Part shown: positions 14,123 to 27,198 of the stretch, one piece after another | How positions within the stretch are numbered: position 1 is the first letter of the stretch | How the letters are laid out: the number at the start of each line of letters is the position of its first letter | Source: Curvularia clavata | Taxonomy: Eukaryota | DNA: 64,000 nt | Assembly: GCA_023920165.1 (NCBI GenBank) | Contig: CP089277.1 | Location: 806,001 to 870,000 of the forward strand | Direction of reading: 5' to 3' | Program-made: the position numbers and the translations under genes | Notes under the pieces: generated by a model | What the model saw: the letters and a program-made list of their open reading frames with translations, nothing else | Told to the model about the DNA's origin: nothing | The model's database searches: none

Positions 14123-16746
14123 TGTGGGCGGGCAGCAAGTGGGTCTGGCAATGGGAAAAAGACCAGGAGGATTAGAAATTACGAGGCGCCCGCGGACGTG
14201 GCCATCGAAGGCGCTGCACACTTGGGCCGAATCGCTGGTTGTTGCGGGACCGTCGGCGCAAGTAAAGCGGTGATCACGTGATGGATGGTAACTCGATGCG
14301 GTGCCGGGAGCGCGTCGGAGAAGGTGGGCTGCGGGCCTATCTAAGAGAATGAACAGGTCATTAAGTAGGCTGGATCACCACCAGGAACGGGCTAGCGGCT
14401 GGGTCCGTGCGTCCCGTTTCAGGGAGTCGAGGAAATTTTTTGCCCATTGCAACGGCGCCGACGAGGGCGACTTGGACGCCTCGAGGGCTGGCAAGAGACG
14501 CTGCAGTGTCGCCATGTGCATCTCGCTGTCGCCTGTTGTGCTGCTGCGAGCGCGCCTGCGTCGTCGTGGGCGGCGTCCATCGCGCCTGCCTTGGACAAGG
14601 TGGCCTTTGCGCCGCACTAACTCGGTTCCATCACCGCTCCAACGCGCCTGCGCAAGCCTCACAACCAACTTCCATCCACCATTATTAGCATCATCACCAT
14701 CCCATCTCGCCCCCAGCCCATTTGCATGCATCCGTTTGCGTCTCATCCTTATCGCGCTCGGCAAACGCGCCCCATGCTCCATGGGCCCTCTGCAGCTACC
14801 TTTGTCCAAGACAGCCAGGCATCCGTCCTGGCAACGTGCGAGTGGCTGATCAGGCTCCCAACCAGTAAGCACTCGATGACGGCTCACCACCACCAGCAAT
14901 TGCACGCGGTACACCCTTTCCGCTGCTGCCTTGCTCGCTCCCTCTCTGTCCATCATACAACAAACCAAAACCACACTTTCGTTTTTCATCACCACAGACG
15001 CCGGATGTACCGGACGGACCCCCGCGTCGTGAGCGCGTCGCGGACAAGCCATTACCTCTCGCTTGGCCACTGATCTACGTGCGCCGCTGCAGCTAGTGTA
15101 TGCTTGCATTGACATGCCGATAAACCTCCTTCTCTGCGCCTATTCTCTCGGTCGTGCTCACATCTCTTCCCTTCTGCTCATGCTTGAGCCTTGACTTTTG
15201 TTTCCCTGCCCCAAGCGCCCTTTTGATAGCACACACGCGGTTTCCCCGCAATATCTCTGCAGCGTCCGTGGGCTCAATCTCGGACCCGGGCTCAACATGC
15301 AGGTCAACGCCCTCCGTGCCACGCAATTTAGTTCATCGTACCCTTGGTACCTCAGTCCGTGCCTGAGTACGATTCCAAGTCTTACACCCCGCCGGCCCAT
15401 ACACGGATCCTAGGAACGCATCAGATACTGACTTTGCCTGTCCCCCTGTGGTAAAACAACCTTGCTATAAAACGTGATTTATAGTTCAGTTGTGATTCCA
15501 CAGAACGTATCTACTACATTGTCAGCACCGCGCCCACCATCTGGGTTTCGACTCGATCCTTCATTAACACGCGACGCACTTTATCCATGATAGACATGTT
15601 GTTGAGCACGCAGGCCCCTTAATAATGTATACGCAGCCTTGGCAGCAGCATTCTGTTATCATGCATTGTTGTCACTGCCTGCATGCTAGTTGGGCACCCA
15701 ATGCATAACACAACCGCAATACTCGCCATCGGAGCTTTTCCGGTATTGTTATTCACCCGCTCCTCGTAATCCACACTCCGATAAATGATTGATTACCAGG
15801 ACACTGGTTCCCAGCCGTTCGCACGTGCTCCTGTTTCGAAAGGGGCAGTGAGCTTTTCTAGAAGGGAAGATACCACGTGTACTGAGCGTGTGCATCAGTA
15901 GACGGAGAAATCAGTGAAAGAGACTCTTCGCTGCACTTAGTTTGCCAATCTCACCCACACAGTCTTGCCAGGTCCGAATTTGAGGGTGCAATGGAAAAGC
16001 AGTGTTTGATATCAAGAGAAAAGACCCGCGGTTTGAGAACGAAAGAGCTGATGTGATCCGTGGTCCAAGCTTTGGACACTCCGACATTGCTCCATCGCTT
16101 CCGTTCCCCAGAGTGATTGAAGATTGGCATCTGATATACACGTTCATGGAGAAAAAGATCCAAAGTTCTAGAAAAGCCTTCGATTATAATTACAGAGAAC
16201 TTTCCAGAAGAACGAGTGGTCGCTCCATACAGCGTTCGTCGAGACACGTGTCTCAGTTTGATATATATCCACGGGCAGCTCTCTGCAAGATTCACACATG
16301 ATCCTAGTACCACATTCCCAACGCCTTCAAATGCCCATACGATGTCTGGAGCTCAGCCTCGAGACATGTCGTGACCTAGTCCTTTTTGTAGACTTCCGCT
16401 TGTTTAAACGAAGAGAGCAGCAAGCGACACCACCAGTGACCAGGAGCCCATGGCCCCCAAACAGTAGGATTCAAAAACCGGATACATGGAAACTGTGTCA
16501 AAACGCTTCAAAACTCACGAACGCGTTATAACTCCTGAACCTAAGCTACCAATCCACCCCGCAGAAAGCGACTTGGATATCTGGGACTGATATCGATTAT
16601 CCTTGTTGATGGTTCGATGCTAGGTTCAGGTATTCTTGGAGTTGGGTTTCCAAGGCTTGGATTTGACTGTTGTGAGAGAAAAAAAGATAATCACCGAGAT
16701 CAGCACACTGCTCATCATTTTGGGGAGGGATGACAAGATGTTTTGC

Positions 16747-17667
16747 TTACGCTGCATCAGAATTGGCATCCATATGTAAACGCTCTATAGCGACCTGGAT
16801 TGAAGCTATGAGGTCCGCAAGGCTTTGTGGGGCGGGCTGCTGGACTACATCTGCATTGGGCTGTGCTTGTTGCTGTTGGTTGTGGACGGTATCGCTGTTT
16901 GCACTGTGGTCATTGGCAGTGTGGTCGTTGGCAGTGTGGTCGTTGGCAGTGTGGTCGTTGGCAGTGTGTTCGTTGGCGGTATTGTTGTTAGCGGTATCTC
17001 CACCACTGTGAGAACTATGTGCATCTGAGGATCTGGTGTGGAGTCCCTGTGCGGCACCATCCGTAGGCTGGGGCAGTGGTACGAGAGCATTGCGACGGCC
17101 TCGGAATCTACTGGTAGCGGATGGCCAGGGTGTGAGCCTAATGACGACCTCTCCTGTCACGGTGCACTGCTTCCAATACAGCGTGTCCATTTCGTGGTGA
17201 GTTTTCGTACTCGGTTCCCCGACGTAGAGTCTACTTGGATTGGCAACGTAGAGCTCCATGTAACCATCCTCGAAGCGGGCGTACGTGTCGAAGCCCTGCG
17301 AGCGCATGTAATAGCAGAGGCGCAGTGGCTCTATGGCCTTAGGATTCTGCTCGAGTGAAATCAGGTTCGTCCAGTGGCAAGCCTGCACTCCACTGAGCGT
17401 ATCTGCGGCCTTTTCGCCCAGATACTCCAGAATTTGGCGTTGGATCCCAATGTACTCCAAGCTATGATTCGTGCCTTCTGGCTCCTTTGTCTCATCATAC
17501 GGCGTCTTGGGCAAGACGTTGACAAGCGTGGTGACGGGTCTACGTGGTCGACGAGGCATAGCTGTAGGAGGAGGCGGCGGTGGTGGTGGTGGTGGAGGAG
17601 GAGGACCAACGTTAGGATTGCCAAGGAAGTAAGACTCAAGAAAGAAGATTGTTGTTCTGTCAGACAT
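16747..17667 (-). CDS. Hypothetical orphan protein with poly-Pro tract and ANDHT repeats
   Basis: Intronless ORF of about 306 aa from ATG 17667, with a globular-looking middle. No family recognised. Confidence 0.6.
   Translation of the reverse strand: MSDRTTIFFLESYFLGNPNVGPPPPPPPPPPPPPTAMPRRPRRPVTTLVNVLPKTPYDETKEPEGTNHSLEYIGIQRQILEYLGEKAADTLSGVQACHWTNLISLEQNPKAIEPLRLCYYMRSQGFDTYARFEDGYMELYVANPSRLYVGEPSTKTHHEMDTLYWKQCTVTGEVVIRLTPWPSATSRFRGRRNALVPLPQPTDGAAQGLHTRSSDAHSSHSGGDTANNNTANEHTANDHTANDHTANDHTANDHSANSDTVHNQQQQAQPNADVVQQPAPQSLADLIASIQVAIERLHMDANSDAA
16901..16980 (-). repeat. 15-bp coding minisatellite (about 5 copies; A-N-D/E-H-T)
   Basis: Plus strand shows (ttggcagtgtggtcg)n. Confidence 0.9.
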
Positions 17668-19973
17668 GCTTACGAAAGTCAAGTCGTTGGTAAGATACCG
17701 TGTGGCGACAGGAGAATGTGGGTTGTTGTGTTTGCTTTGTAGATGAAGAAGGATGGAGAGCTGTCGTCATCTAGGCTTTGCAGTAATTAACTTGTGTGTT
17801 TGCCTAGATGAGGCATGCAAACGCAGCTGCCTCTCCCGCAACCAGTTAACCCGAATAATCAAGATGATTTCATCTGCAGAGGTAAGCTATCATTAAGGTA
17901 GCTAATAGATGACTGTGGCAACTACCACTACTCTCAAGCGTAGAGTTATAGGTCTGCAGAACACAGATAACCATGATAAATACAGTCACTTCTGAAGTAG
18001 GTTGTTATTTTGCAGTTTCACTAGTTGTGGAAGAGCCTGCCTGGTCAACCGGGGTCCACGCTTCTTTTCGCCGTCGTCCACAAGATTGCCACGCGACACC
18101 TGTGCTTCGATGATTAAGGCTTTGGACGCAGATAGGATGGGCGATGAGGTCAACAGAAGATCAAGACTCGTCAAAGTATACGTAGTCCAAGAAAACTATT
18201 GATTTCACAAAATAACAAAAAATTACATCTAGTGTATCTACTGGTTTATTTGCGTCGAAATAAATATAGTCACGCAAGCGTCAAAGACAGTTTGTATAGC
18301 GCCCTGAACAACGTGCAATACTTAAAGCATATAACAATAGGTTGTTTGATACAATACCAAAATGGTTTGTGCAGGTTCGTTTGTTCTTGACAGTATAGTT
18401 GTAATATCATCAGCCTTAGCAATAATTTCTTATATACCGGCATTGTCAATGTTGTATGGTTATCCATATGCACCAGCGGTGGCCTATAAGGTATTCTTAA
18501 AGTTTGTGTTTTTTGACATTGTCCCATGGCTCTGTTACTCTCAGTGAACCTGTTAATTTTCCGTCTGAACATCGCACGCAAGTCCAGTACTATGGACGAG
18601 TCACTCTGCAGTCACGAATTCCATATAAGGTATCAAGCTGAAAAACATATATATGATCTGGCAATAGTATCGCCTTAGGCATGTTCCTCCCAAATAGTTG
18701 GATATGTTTACACTATCCCAAAACTAAGAACATGAACGGGTACCCAGTACTAAAAGTTCACACAGACTATTGTGAAATGAAGCGAACACCGCTCTATGCT
18801 TGTGTACACACTACTGGTAGTCCAAACAAATATATCAAAACAAGAGTTTTGTCAATTCAATCATACTCCTGAAACATCTGGTCAAACCAAGAGACTCAAC
18901 ATATCAATATCATTAAGATGATGTTTTCTCGTACATGCACTTTCTCCTGTCTACTTTTGCACGTGACACAGCCATATGTATTAGATGTCGCATCTCCTAA
19001 AACTCCAAATCCCCAAATCTCCTTCACGAGTGTGGAAGAGAAGGGCAAACTCATAAAAACAGCAGCAGACCCCTTACTTTCCACCACCTCACCAATCCCT
19101 TAGAAAGATACGTTTAGTAAATTTCCTCACGCCAAGTTCCCACGAGCACGTGACATATATTACAAATTGCCTTCATCACATAATCAACATACTGTTATCT
19201 CCTTACCATACTATTACACAGCCATTATTCTGCGAGCACAGTAAGCCAAAGCTTCGCCAAAGCTCCCTCATACGTGCAACCCGCATACCCATACCCCCTT
19301 TCATCTCCACACCCCCGATCACCCCTCTCGTTTCCCAAATGCAGCCCTCGCCCCTCAACCGCCCAAAAGAAAAGAAAAACAGACACTAGCTGCAACCTCC
19401 TACGCCCTGAACCAAACAACCTTATCCGACACTACGTCGCACGAAAGAAAAAAAGGTTCTAGGCAGTGGCGGTGGCAAACAGTTAGGAGAAGTTCAGCCG
19501 AGGTACGGCGATTGCGCAAGAAGCAAAAAACCACCCAAGGTAGTAGCACACACACCCCGGCAAAGAGCGACGATCGCAAAGGCGAAAGCGGGCGAAGGGG
19601 TTACAGTATTTGCCACGGAGAGCGGGTGTACCTGTCCATCATCCAGGGACCCTACGGGATTACCGGGGGCGGGAACAAGCAATATGATGTTATCTACTGT
19701 GATGAAAGAAGAGAGACGAGTATGAGGCTGAAAGAGGTTGTTCAGGTACCAGTACGGGTTGTATGAGGGTAGATGTGATCGGAGGGGAGGAGAGGGGGGT
19801 TATGACGTATGCACACCGACTTCTGCTCTTTGTGCACACACCCCTCCTTCTCTCCTTTCCACTCTTGTTTTCCATCCCCTTGCTCGGAGTCTAGATTATT
19901 GGTCAAGAGGACTCAAGGGCTTTTTTTTACATTGCATGTTGGTTGAGGTGGTAACCCCACGTGCCCCGAAAGT

Positions 19974-21283
19974 ATGTCGGCCGTTACAACACCATGCACG
20001 CGCAAAACGCGCATAGTGTGCATATCGGATACACACAACCAGACACCCAAGCTACCACGGGGTGACGTGCTCATCCACGCCGGCGACCTGACGAATCAAG
20101 GGAGTTATAGTGAATTGAAAAAAGCGGTGGCATGGATCGAGAAGCAGGATTTCGAGGTCAAGATCGTGGTTGCTGGTACTCACCCTCTCTCTCTCTTTCC
20201 CTAATCCCTACCTCAAGTGATACAGGCGTGGGGCTGATGAGATTTTTTACTTTGTGCTTTGCCTGAACAGGAAATCACGATATCACTCTCGATCAGCCGT
20301 TCTTCAGCAAGCACAAGGATGCGTGGAAGTGGCCGGGCGATCAAGACCCCGCTGCGTGCAGACGGCTGCTGGTCGAGTCAAAGACGATTACGTACCTTGA
20401 GCACACCAGTGTCACGGTAGAGCTGACGTCCCTAAGCGGACCGAGAACACGGTTCACGGTTTTCGGTAGTCCGTGTACGCCCCAACAAGCCAACTGGGCG
20501 TTTCAGTACAACCAAGAGGAAGCAGATGGACTATGGAGTAGCATTCCAGAGGGAACAGACATTGTCGTGACTCATACACCGCCAAAAGGACACTGCGATG
20601 GGGCTATGAAGGACGTAAGAGATAGTAAAGAAGGCTGCCCAGCCTTGTTACGACGATTATCGAAGATCAGACCCAAGTTGAGCATCTGCGGTCACATACA
20701 CGGGGGACGAGGCGTAGAGACAGTGCGGTGGAAGACTGGATGTGTAGACTTGGCCACACAGGGCGATAGCGGCAGCCTAGTGGAAAGTGTGAGATTCTGG
20801 AACGACCCAGGGACAGCTAACAAGAAACTTTCCCTGGTAGACGTGACGATCAGCTCGAAATCAGGGCGCGACTTGGGCTGCGATAGCAGCGTGCCACGTC
20901 AAGGAGAGCCTGACTCGAGGCCGAAGGGTATGAGGGGTCAGGCTGAGGGGACTCTAAGACGAGATGGGATATGGCATCAGCCCCCATCCGGTGGTGAGAA
21001 GCTAGTTGCGACATCAAGCCTCACTGGCAGTGCCCTGGGAAAGAATGAGGCGTTGTGGGGAGGAGGAGGGGGCTTGGAAGAAATTTTGAGCGAGGGCCGA
21101 CATGGATGTCCTGATGAGGAATGCACGACGAGTCGGGCTTGTAATAGCAGTGCAGAAACGGCGCGTATTGAGACGACGACAGTGGTCAACGCAGCGTTTC
21201 TAGGCCCGCGGGTTGCTGGCAAGGCTACTGGGTACAACAAGCCGATTGTGGTCGACGTTGAACTGGCGGTAATGGGGGCTTGA
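19974..21283 (+). CDS. Calcineurin-like metallophosphoesterase (MPPED/239FB-like). Intron 20176-20270
   Basis: Motifs CISDTH, HAGDLT, GNHD (formed across the splice junction), HTPP, CGHIH and terminal VNAA. Confidence 0.9.
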
Positions 21284-23245
21284 TGTAGGATGACATGTGT
21301 ATTGCAGCGTACCTGTCGAACATGATATCATGAGCGGATGCGTTCTCGAGCGTTCGTCGAGGACAGCAGGAGCACCTGCATGACAGAGTAGCAGTGGTGC
21401 TGGACACGAGACAAGTTGGTGGTGGGCTGGCGGGGGATGTTCAATAGTCGAGGACCACGTAGAGGGACCTGCTTCGCTGGGCGCAGGTGGATACTGTATG
21501 TCATTATTGGGCGTGACAGGCTGAAGAGCCCCGCCTCACCCCGCATACATACATAGGCGTATCTTATCGGCCAACCACGCCAGGGCCAATTCGGGACGGG
21601 TCGAGTGGGAACAAAATCTCACATGGGATGCAGCATTGTCTGCCTGAGCGAGGCAAGCGCCGTGCCCTGGGCCGAGTGGTGACGGGGGCGCAGGGGACAG
21701 CGGCCAAGTACGAGGCCGTGGTGCGGAGGATGTGCAGTCATTCGAGTCCGTGGCCCGTGGCCCGGTGACTGACTGTTGGCCTGCGGTACAGTCGTCGACG
21801 TTTCTAGTAGTTGTATGCTCACGCTGTCTCAGTCGGGCCGGGGCAGGCGATAGGGTTTGGTTGGGTGAGGGGTGTGACGGGCGAGGGTTCGTGTGCGTGG
21901 TGCATCAGTTGCAGTGTGCTTGATGTGACGCGGACAGCGGCTTGGATTCGTCGTGTGTTGTGAGAGACTTTTTTGGGCGGGGATGCTGACCGTTCTGGAT
22001 GGCTTCTTGGGGGATTCCAAGTCATGTCGGCATCCTATCAGAGGGCGAGGAGCAGCCAGTGTCAAACGACCATGTGGCCGGGGGCGGGCATGATTGGACC
22101 CGATGTTTCGTAGGCGCCGTGATGGACACGACGTGCAGGCTGCTCATGTGAAGCGGCGGCGGCTTGTTGCGCGATGGGATGCGAAGGGGAGCCATGGCTT
22201 GACGGCGGGGCGCACGGAAGAGGATGAGGGCGTGGGTGAAGCACGCGGTGTCCTCAGCCCTGACTATACCGCACCACAATCACCCACGCGAGCTGCGCAG
22301 CTAACTAAGCCAGTCAGTCAGACTCGTGCGAGGCGCTGCGGACCAGCCGCACCATGACCAGGATGATGCCCCCATTCATCCTCCCCTGTGCAGCGACATT
22401 ATAGTAAACCCCGACGCCCAGAGTGCAGCTGCTGACCGACCGACTGACTGAGCCATTTGTCTATCCATTTCTCTCTCCGTCTGTCTGTCCGTCTGTCCGT
22501 CAATCTGTATAGTCGCCGTCCGTCTGCTCGCTGGCCTGCCCGGTTTTTCCTCGTCTTGATCGATCGAGTCAATCCATCGCCAGCCACGGGTTATTGGCAT
22601 TGCAGCATAATACTGGCGTTGCTGAAACGGTGACGTCGCAGCACCCACACCGCAAGTCCAAGCAGGATACCCGTAGAGCAGCGCTGCCGGGCAACCCTTC
22701 ACCACCTCTGCACTGTTGCAAAAACAAAAGCCCAGGCCCAAGAAAAAGCAACCCGACACAGCCTCACCACGCCTGCCCGACGGACCTCGCTGGCTTTGTC
22801 AGGCTTGCTTCATCTGGCTTTTTTTGCGTTGTTGCCACGCCCTTCTGCAGTCTTCGATGCGAGCCTCTGTGTTCGCGGCTCGGTCCACTCTTCCTTAGCT
22901 CAGCAACCCAGCCATCCTCGTCACCCACCCCTTACCAGAAACGCTTCCCGTCCCTTGTCCGTCTCTGCTCTCACCACCCGGCTTCCACCAACCCGACTCT
23001 CCTTAAATCCCATCGCCACCAAACGCCCTGTCGTGCTTCTCTCGCTACAGCATACATCCCTTCGCCTCGTGGCGTATACACAGGCACAAGCCACGCAACC
23101 CAAACTCCGCCACGGCCATTGACCCCATTGACGACTCGTCTGCTCTGCAGTCGCTACCGTCACATATAAACCTCTCTCGAACCCCCCACTGCACAATCGA
23201 TTCGCAGTCCCAAGCCCCCTCCACACTCCCCCACACCCATCCGTC

Positions 23246-25003
23246 ATGGACTTAGATCCCGCACCCGATCACTACAAGGCGCTCGGCCTCGACAGGAGTG
23301 CCACAGCCGCCGTCATCAAGGCCACTTACCGCAAACTGGTACTCAAGTGCCATCCCGACAAGGTCACCGATCCCGCATTGAAGGAGCAGAAGCAGGAGGA
23401 GTTCCACCGCATCCAGCAAGCCTACGAATGCCTCAGCGACGAAGAGAAGCGGGATCACTACCACGCACTCCTCGATCTCGAGAAGCTGCGGAAAGAGAAG
23501 GCCGCGAGGCAGGCTGCTGCGCCACGCGATAGGACTGCGCGCTTCGATGTCCCCACACCGGGTGGCGCTTCCTTTACTGCCAATGGTCCCTCACGATATG
23601 CCACCGAGTACCGTGCTCCTCAGTCGTCGCGCGATGACAGCCGCTACCAAGAGCGCGAGCGCGAACGTGAACGTGAACGCTCACACCACCAAACCTACAC
23701 TGCCAAGCCTACTCCAGCACCCCGATCCAGTCGCGAGAAGGAGTCCTCAAAAAGCAGCCGGTACGCCAAGGAAGACCGCTCTCGATCAGACCGTGAAAAG
23801 GCCCGTTCCAAGGATATCCGCAGCGAGCGCAAATTCACATCCGTCGAGAGCGAGTCGTCCGCTGACGAGAAGGCCCGTTACGAATCAGGATACAGGATTC
23901 GCACCGAGGAAGACGCTCGTCGCAAGGCTGCTGAAGAACGTCGATCCTATGAAGAAGCTCGCCACACCATTCCCACTGCTCACAAGATGAGCGCACAGGC
24001 CGAGGAGGCGCTTCGCTACCAGCACAAGTCTCGTGTCCAGGTTGAGGAGGAGATGTCTCGTCCTATGCCTGCCAGAGCCTCTTCGCGCGACTACTATACC
24101 TCTGAGTCACGGCCTTCTCGCCGTGAGTCTTCTCGCGCTGAGCCTGTTCGCAGATCATCTGCCAGGCCCAGCAAGGATCGACCTTCAATGTCTCGCCGCG
24201 ACACCGATCGATCTGATCGCGTCATTCCCGAGGTCGTAGACTGGGCTGAAGAGAGGCGCACCGAGGAGAGGCGCCCTCCCATGTTCAAGCACTCGGTATC
24301 GTCGCCCATCGAGCTTGCACGTGGAATCCCCCAGCGTTCCTACACTGAGAGAATACCACGCCGTACTGAGAGTTCCCCACCCCCACCACCGGCTTTCCAC
24401 CGCTCATCGACGATGCCTGTCCATACATCATCATCGCGCAGAAAAGAGTCGGCTGCGCCCCGAGCTTCCGGTCTGCGCGAAACCACAAACGCCGAGCAAT
24501 ACGCCAGCCACGAGCGAGATGCTTTCCCCTCTGTTCCTCCTCCACAGCAAACCACGCCTAGCAGTACCAAGAAGGTCTACTACTACCCCGTTAGCGGAGG
24601 CGGCGTCTCCGTCCGCCCAGACGAAATCCCAACTGGTGCACGTCACGTGACACGAGAGCCATCACGGTACCAACGGTCTCCCTCGCCGATCGGTAAACCT
24701 CCGATTGGTCCCAACCGCCCGGTCGAAGCTACTGCTACCTATAAAACCGTTCCACGGCCCTCAATGTCCAGCCGCACTGATTCCTACCGCACCGTTTCGC
24801 CCACCCGTGGCTCAGAGGAACGCGGCCGCTCGGGAAGACCCAAGCTCTACGGAGAAATACGCCAGACCAGCTTCGACCAAAACGACATCCACTTTAGCCC
24901 CAGATACGGCCCAGAGGATGTTAGATGGGCGCCTAGATCCAGTGAGCCGGACAAGGGTTATTCAAAGCCTAGTCTGGGTAGGACGGCAACATATGTCTAT
25001 TAG
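23246..25003 (+). CDS. Class C J-domain protein with long Arg/Ser/Glu/Pro-rich disordered region
   Basis: 585 aa intronless. N-terminal J domain DHYKALG...YRKLVLKCHPDK...AYECLSD with intact HPD. Confidence 0.9.
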   Translation: MDLDPAPDHYKALGLDRSATAAVIKATYRKLVLKCHPDKVTDPALKEQKQEEFHRIQQAYECLSDEEKRDHYHALLDLEKLRKEKAARQAAAPRDRTARFDVPTPGGASFTANGPSRYATEYRAPQSSRDDSRYQERERERERERSHHQTYTAKPTPAPRSSREKESSKSSRYAKEDRSRSDREKARSKDIRSERKFTSVESESSADEKARYESGYRIRTEEDARRKAAEERRSYEEARHTIPTAHKMSAQAEEALRYQHKSRVQVEEEMSRPMPARASSRDYYTSESRPSRRESSRAEPVRRSSARPSKDRPSMSRRDTDRSDRVIPEVVDWAEERRTEERRPPMFKHSVSSPIELARGIPQRSYTERIPRRTESSPPPPPAFHRSSTMPVHTSSSRRKESAAPRASGLRETTNAEQYASHERDAFPSVPPPQQTTPSSTKKVYYYPVSGGGVSVRPDEIPTGARHVTREPSRYQRSPSPIGKPPIGPNRPVEATATYKTVPRPSMSSRTDSYRTVSPTRGSEERGRSGRPKLYGEIRQTSFDQNDIHFSPRYGPEDVRWAPRSSEPDKGYSKPSLGRTATYVY

Positions 25004-25811
25004 TGCGGTAGCTTGAGGATTCGGAGAGACACGATAATGATGACTCCCATTCCTATAGACAACACGCATTGGGCAATTCAACTGCCCCTAAGGATACCCC
25101 CACCACACCCGGCCGGGACATATACCGGGTTCTCCATGATTTGAGTTTTGCTTTTTTAGGCGTCAACTGGTTTGATCGGATTTGTCTTGGACATCCTCTC
25201 AGAGTACTTTGTTTTTCTTTTTCGTCTTGGTCACAACAACGCAAGTGCTGCGTTAGGTCCCAAACTTCCAGGTTGGGCCCCCCTCCTCTTCCCATCGTTT
25301 TTCTCCGAAGCATACAACAATTGTGCTTTTCTTTTGCTTTTCTTTCTCCCCTCATCATAGAGTTTATTGTTCAAACTTCTTCACTCATACTCTCGTTTTC
25401 TGCCCTCCCCCCAACGAGGGCTATCACAGAAAAGAAAACGAGAAAAACACGTTACATTCTTCTCTCGTTGTAAATGATTTTAGTTTTACCTACCTTCTTC
25501 ACCACTTTCGCTTACTCGCTGTATTCATTTCTTCTACTCCAAAGGGTCAAAGGGGGGCCCCCAAACACCCAATCAATCGCATGGCTATATACAAAGATAC
25601 ACTCTCGCTTATATCACGAAGTCCAACGAAAAATTCTCTCGTTTTTGTTCTTCTTTACATATCACATATTTTAAATCATTGTAACTCTTTTTGTTTTGCA
25701 TTTCCTTCCGTCTTTTACAGCTGGTAGTCTCACGACACAGTGGAGGAGAGCGAAACAAACCTAGGTAGCTTTATTTCGGCTAAAATAGATGAACCTTTCA
25801 TCGATAATAAC

Positions 25812-25835
25812 CTCTCTCTCTCTCTCTCTCTCTCT
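25812..25835. repeat. (CT)n microsatellite
   Basis: Direct inspection. Confidence 0.9.
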
Positions 25836-26311
25836 TTGCTTTCGATTCTTTTTGCATGTGCATATAATTAGTCCCTAGGATCAAATTGAACACGACATTA
25901 AACAATCACTCAAATGACGTCAAGCTGAACTCATCATCACATGACTTTTGCCCGCAAATTAGTGCTACAGTCCAATGCATCATCAACATGCAAGTTTGTG
26001 CCAAGTTTATTTCAATACTTCATCAACGTGCATAACATGAACACAAGTGTGTAGAATGTAGATGTGATTTCCATTCATGTACATAGCCGCTTGTTTTCCC
26101 CGCTTTCCCTTTCCCCCGCCTTTCCGAAGACCAAAGAAAAAAAGGGAAAAAAGGAAAAAAAGGTCTGGTACCAGTATTAAACCCCCTCATCCTCACCTTG
26201 GTATAAATCCATAGAGGGAAAGTGAGAGAGAGGAATGAGGACGAGGGCAACCGGTAAACAAGGAAACCCCAGGATAAAAAAGATTTGGAAAGGATAAGAG
26301 AAAGGTATCCA

Positions 26312-26312
<1 letters not shown>

Positions 26313-26345
<33 letters not shown>
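26313..26345. repeat. (AC)n microsatellite
   Basis: Direct inspection. Confidence 0.9.
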
Positions 26346-26349
<4 letters not shown>

Positions 26350-27198
26350 GACACAAAGCTCGGTGCTCGAGAGCTTTGCTACTTCCAAACCCCCCCACCT
26401 CTGTGCGAGGACACCGCCAAGTGATCAAAAACGCCATCTGCTGGCTGATGATAGGTGCCAAGCAGAACAAACAATGAGGATAAACAAAAAGGAAAAACAC
26501 AAAGGAAAACACACAGCCAAAGACACTGTTCCCCAAGGGATGTGTGCAAGGGGGGGGGGGGCGGCTGTGCTTGCTGCTGACTGAATGACCGCACTTTGCA
26601 TGGCTCGTTACATCGATATTGAGGGATGAGACAAAAAAAAGAGAAGACAAAGTATGCTATAGATATACAAAGCAGCGAGTGCAGTGATGGCTGGTTGTGA
26701 TCGAAGTAGAAAAATACTGTGACCGAAGGAGTGTGAGGCTGTGGAGGGTTGGCGGAACTAGGGTACTAGAAACTAGGACATTACAGTGGCGTAACTCAAC
26801 GCGCAGTAGCCTCCACAACGCAAGTGTTGAAGCCGTTTATATGTACGGACTTGTAAGAAACGAAGTCTTGACAGGAAGGAAAGCGGACCGCAAAGGGAAT
26901 GAGGCTCGTCATGTCTTGCTAGCTTGGATAGAGCTGGCAGAACAAGACACGCCTCGTGAACGCTGTCGAGTTGCAGAGGGTCCGTGGGACCTGTGGCCGC
27001 CAGAAAATCAAATGCTCCGTGTGGCGGCCCTTGTGGAGACAGACCATCTTTTGGGAAGAACCGCGTCAACTCTCACTCAGTAACTGATAGAGACTGGTTC
27101 TTGATGTCCATGACACCTTTCTGGACATTCTCGGCGAGCAATCAAGTCCATATCCGCTTGTAATGCAGGTTTTGGCTCCTGGATTCGCCGACTTTTCC

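Noticed and set aside
14301..15115. 182-aa and 246-aa ORFs upstream of MOT1
   Set aside because: Arg/Ala-rich translations typical of GC-rich promoter DNA, with no codon bias or domain.
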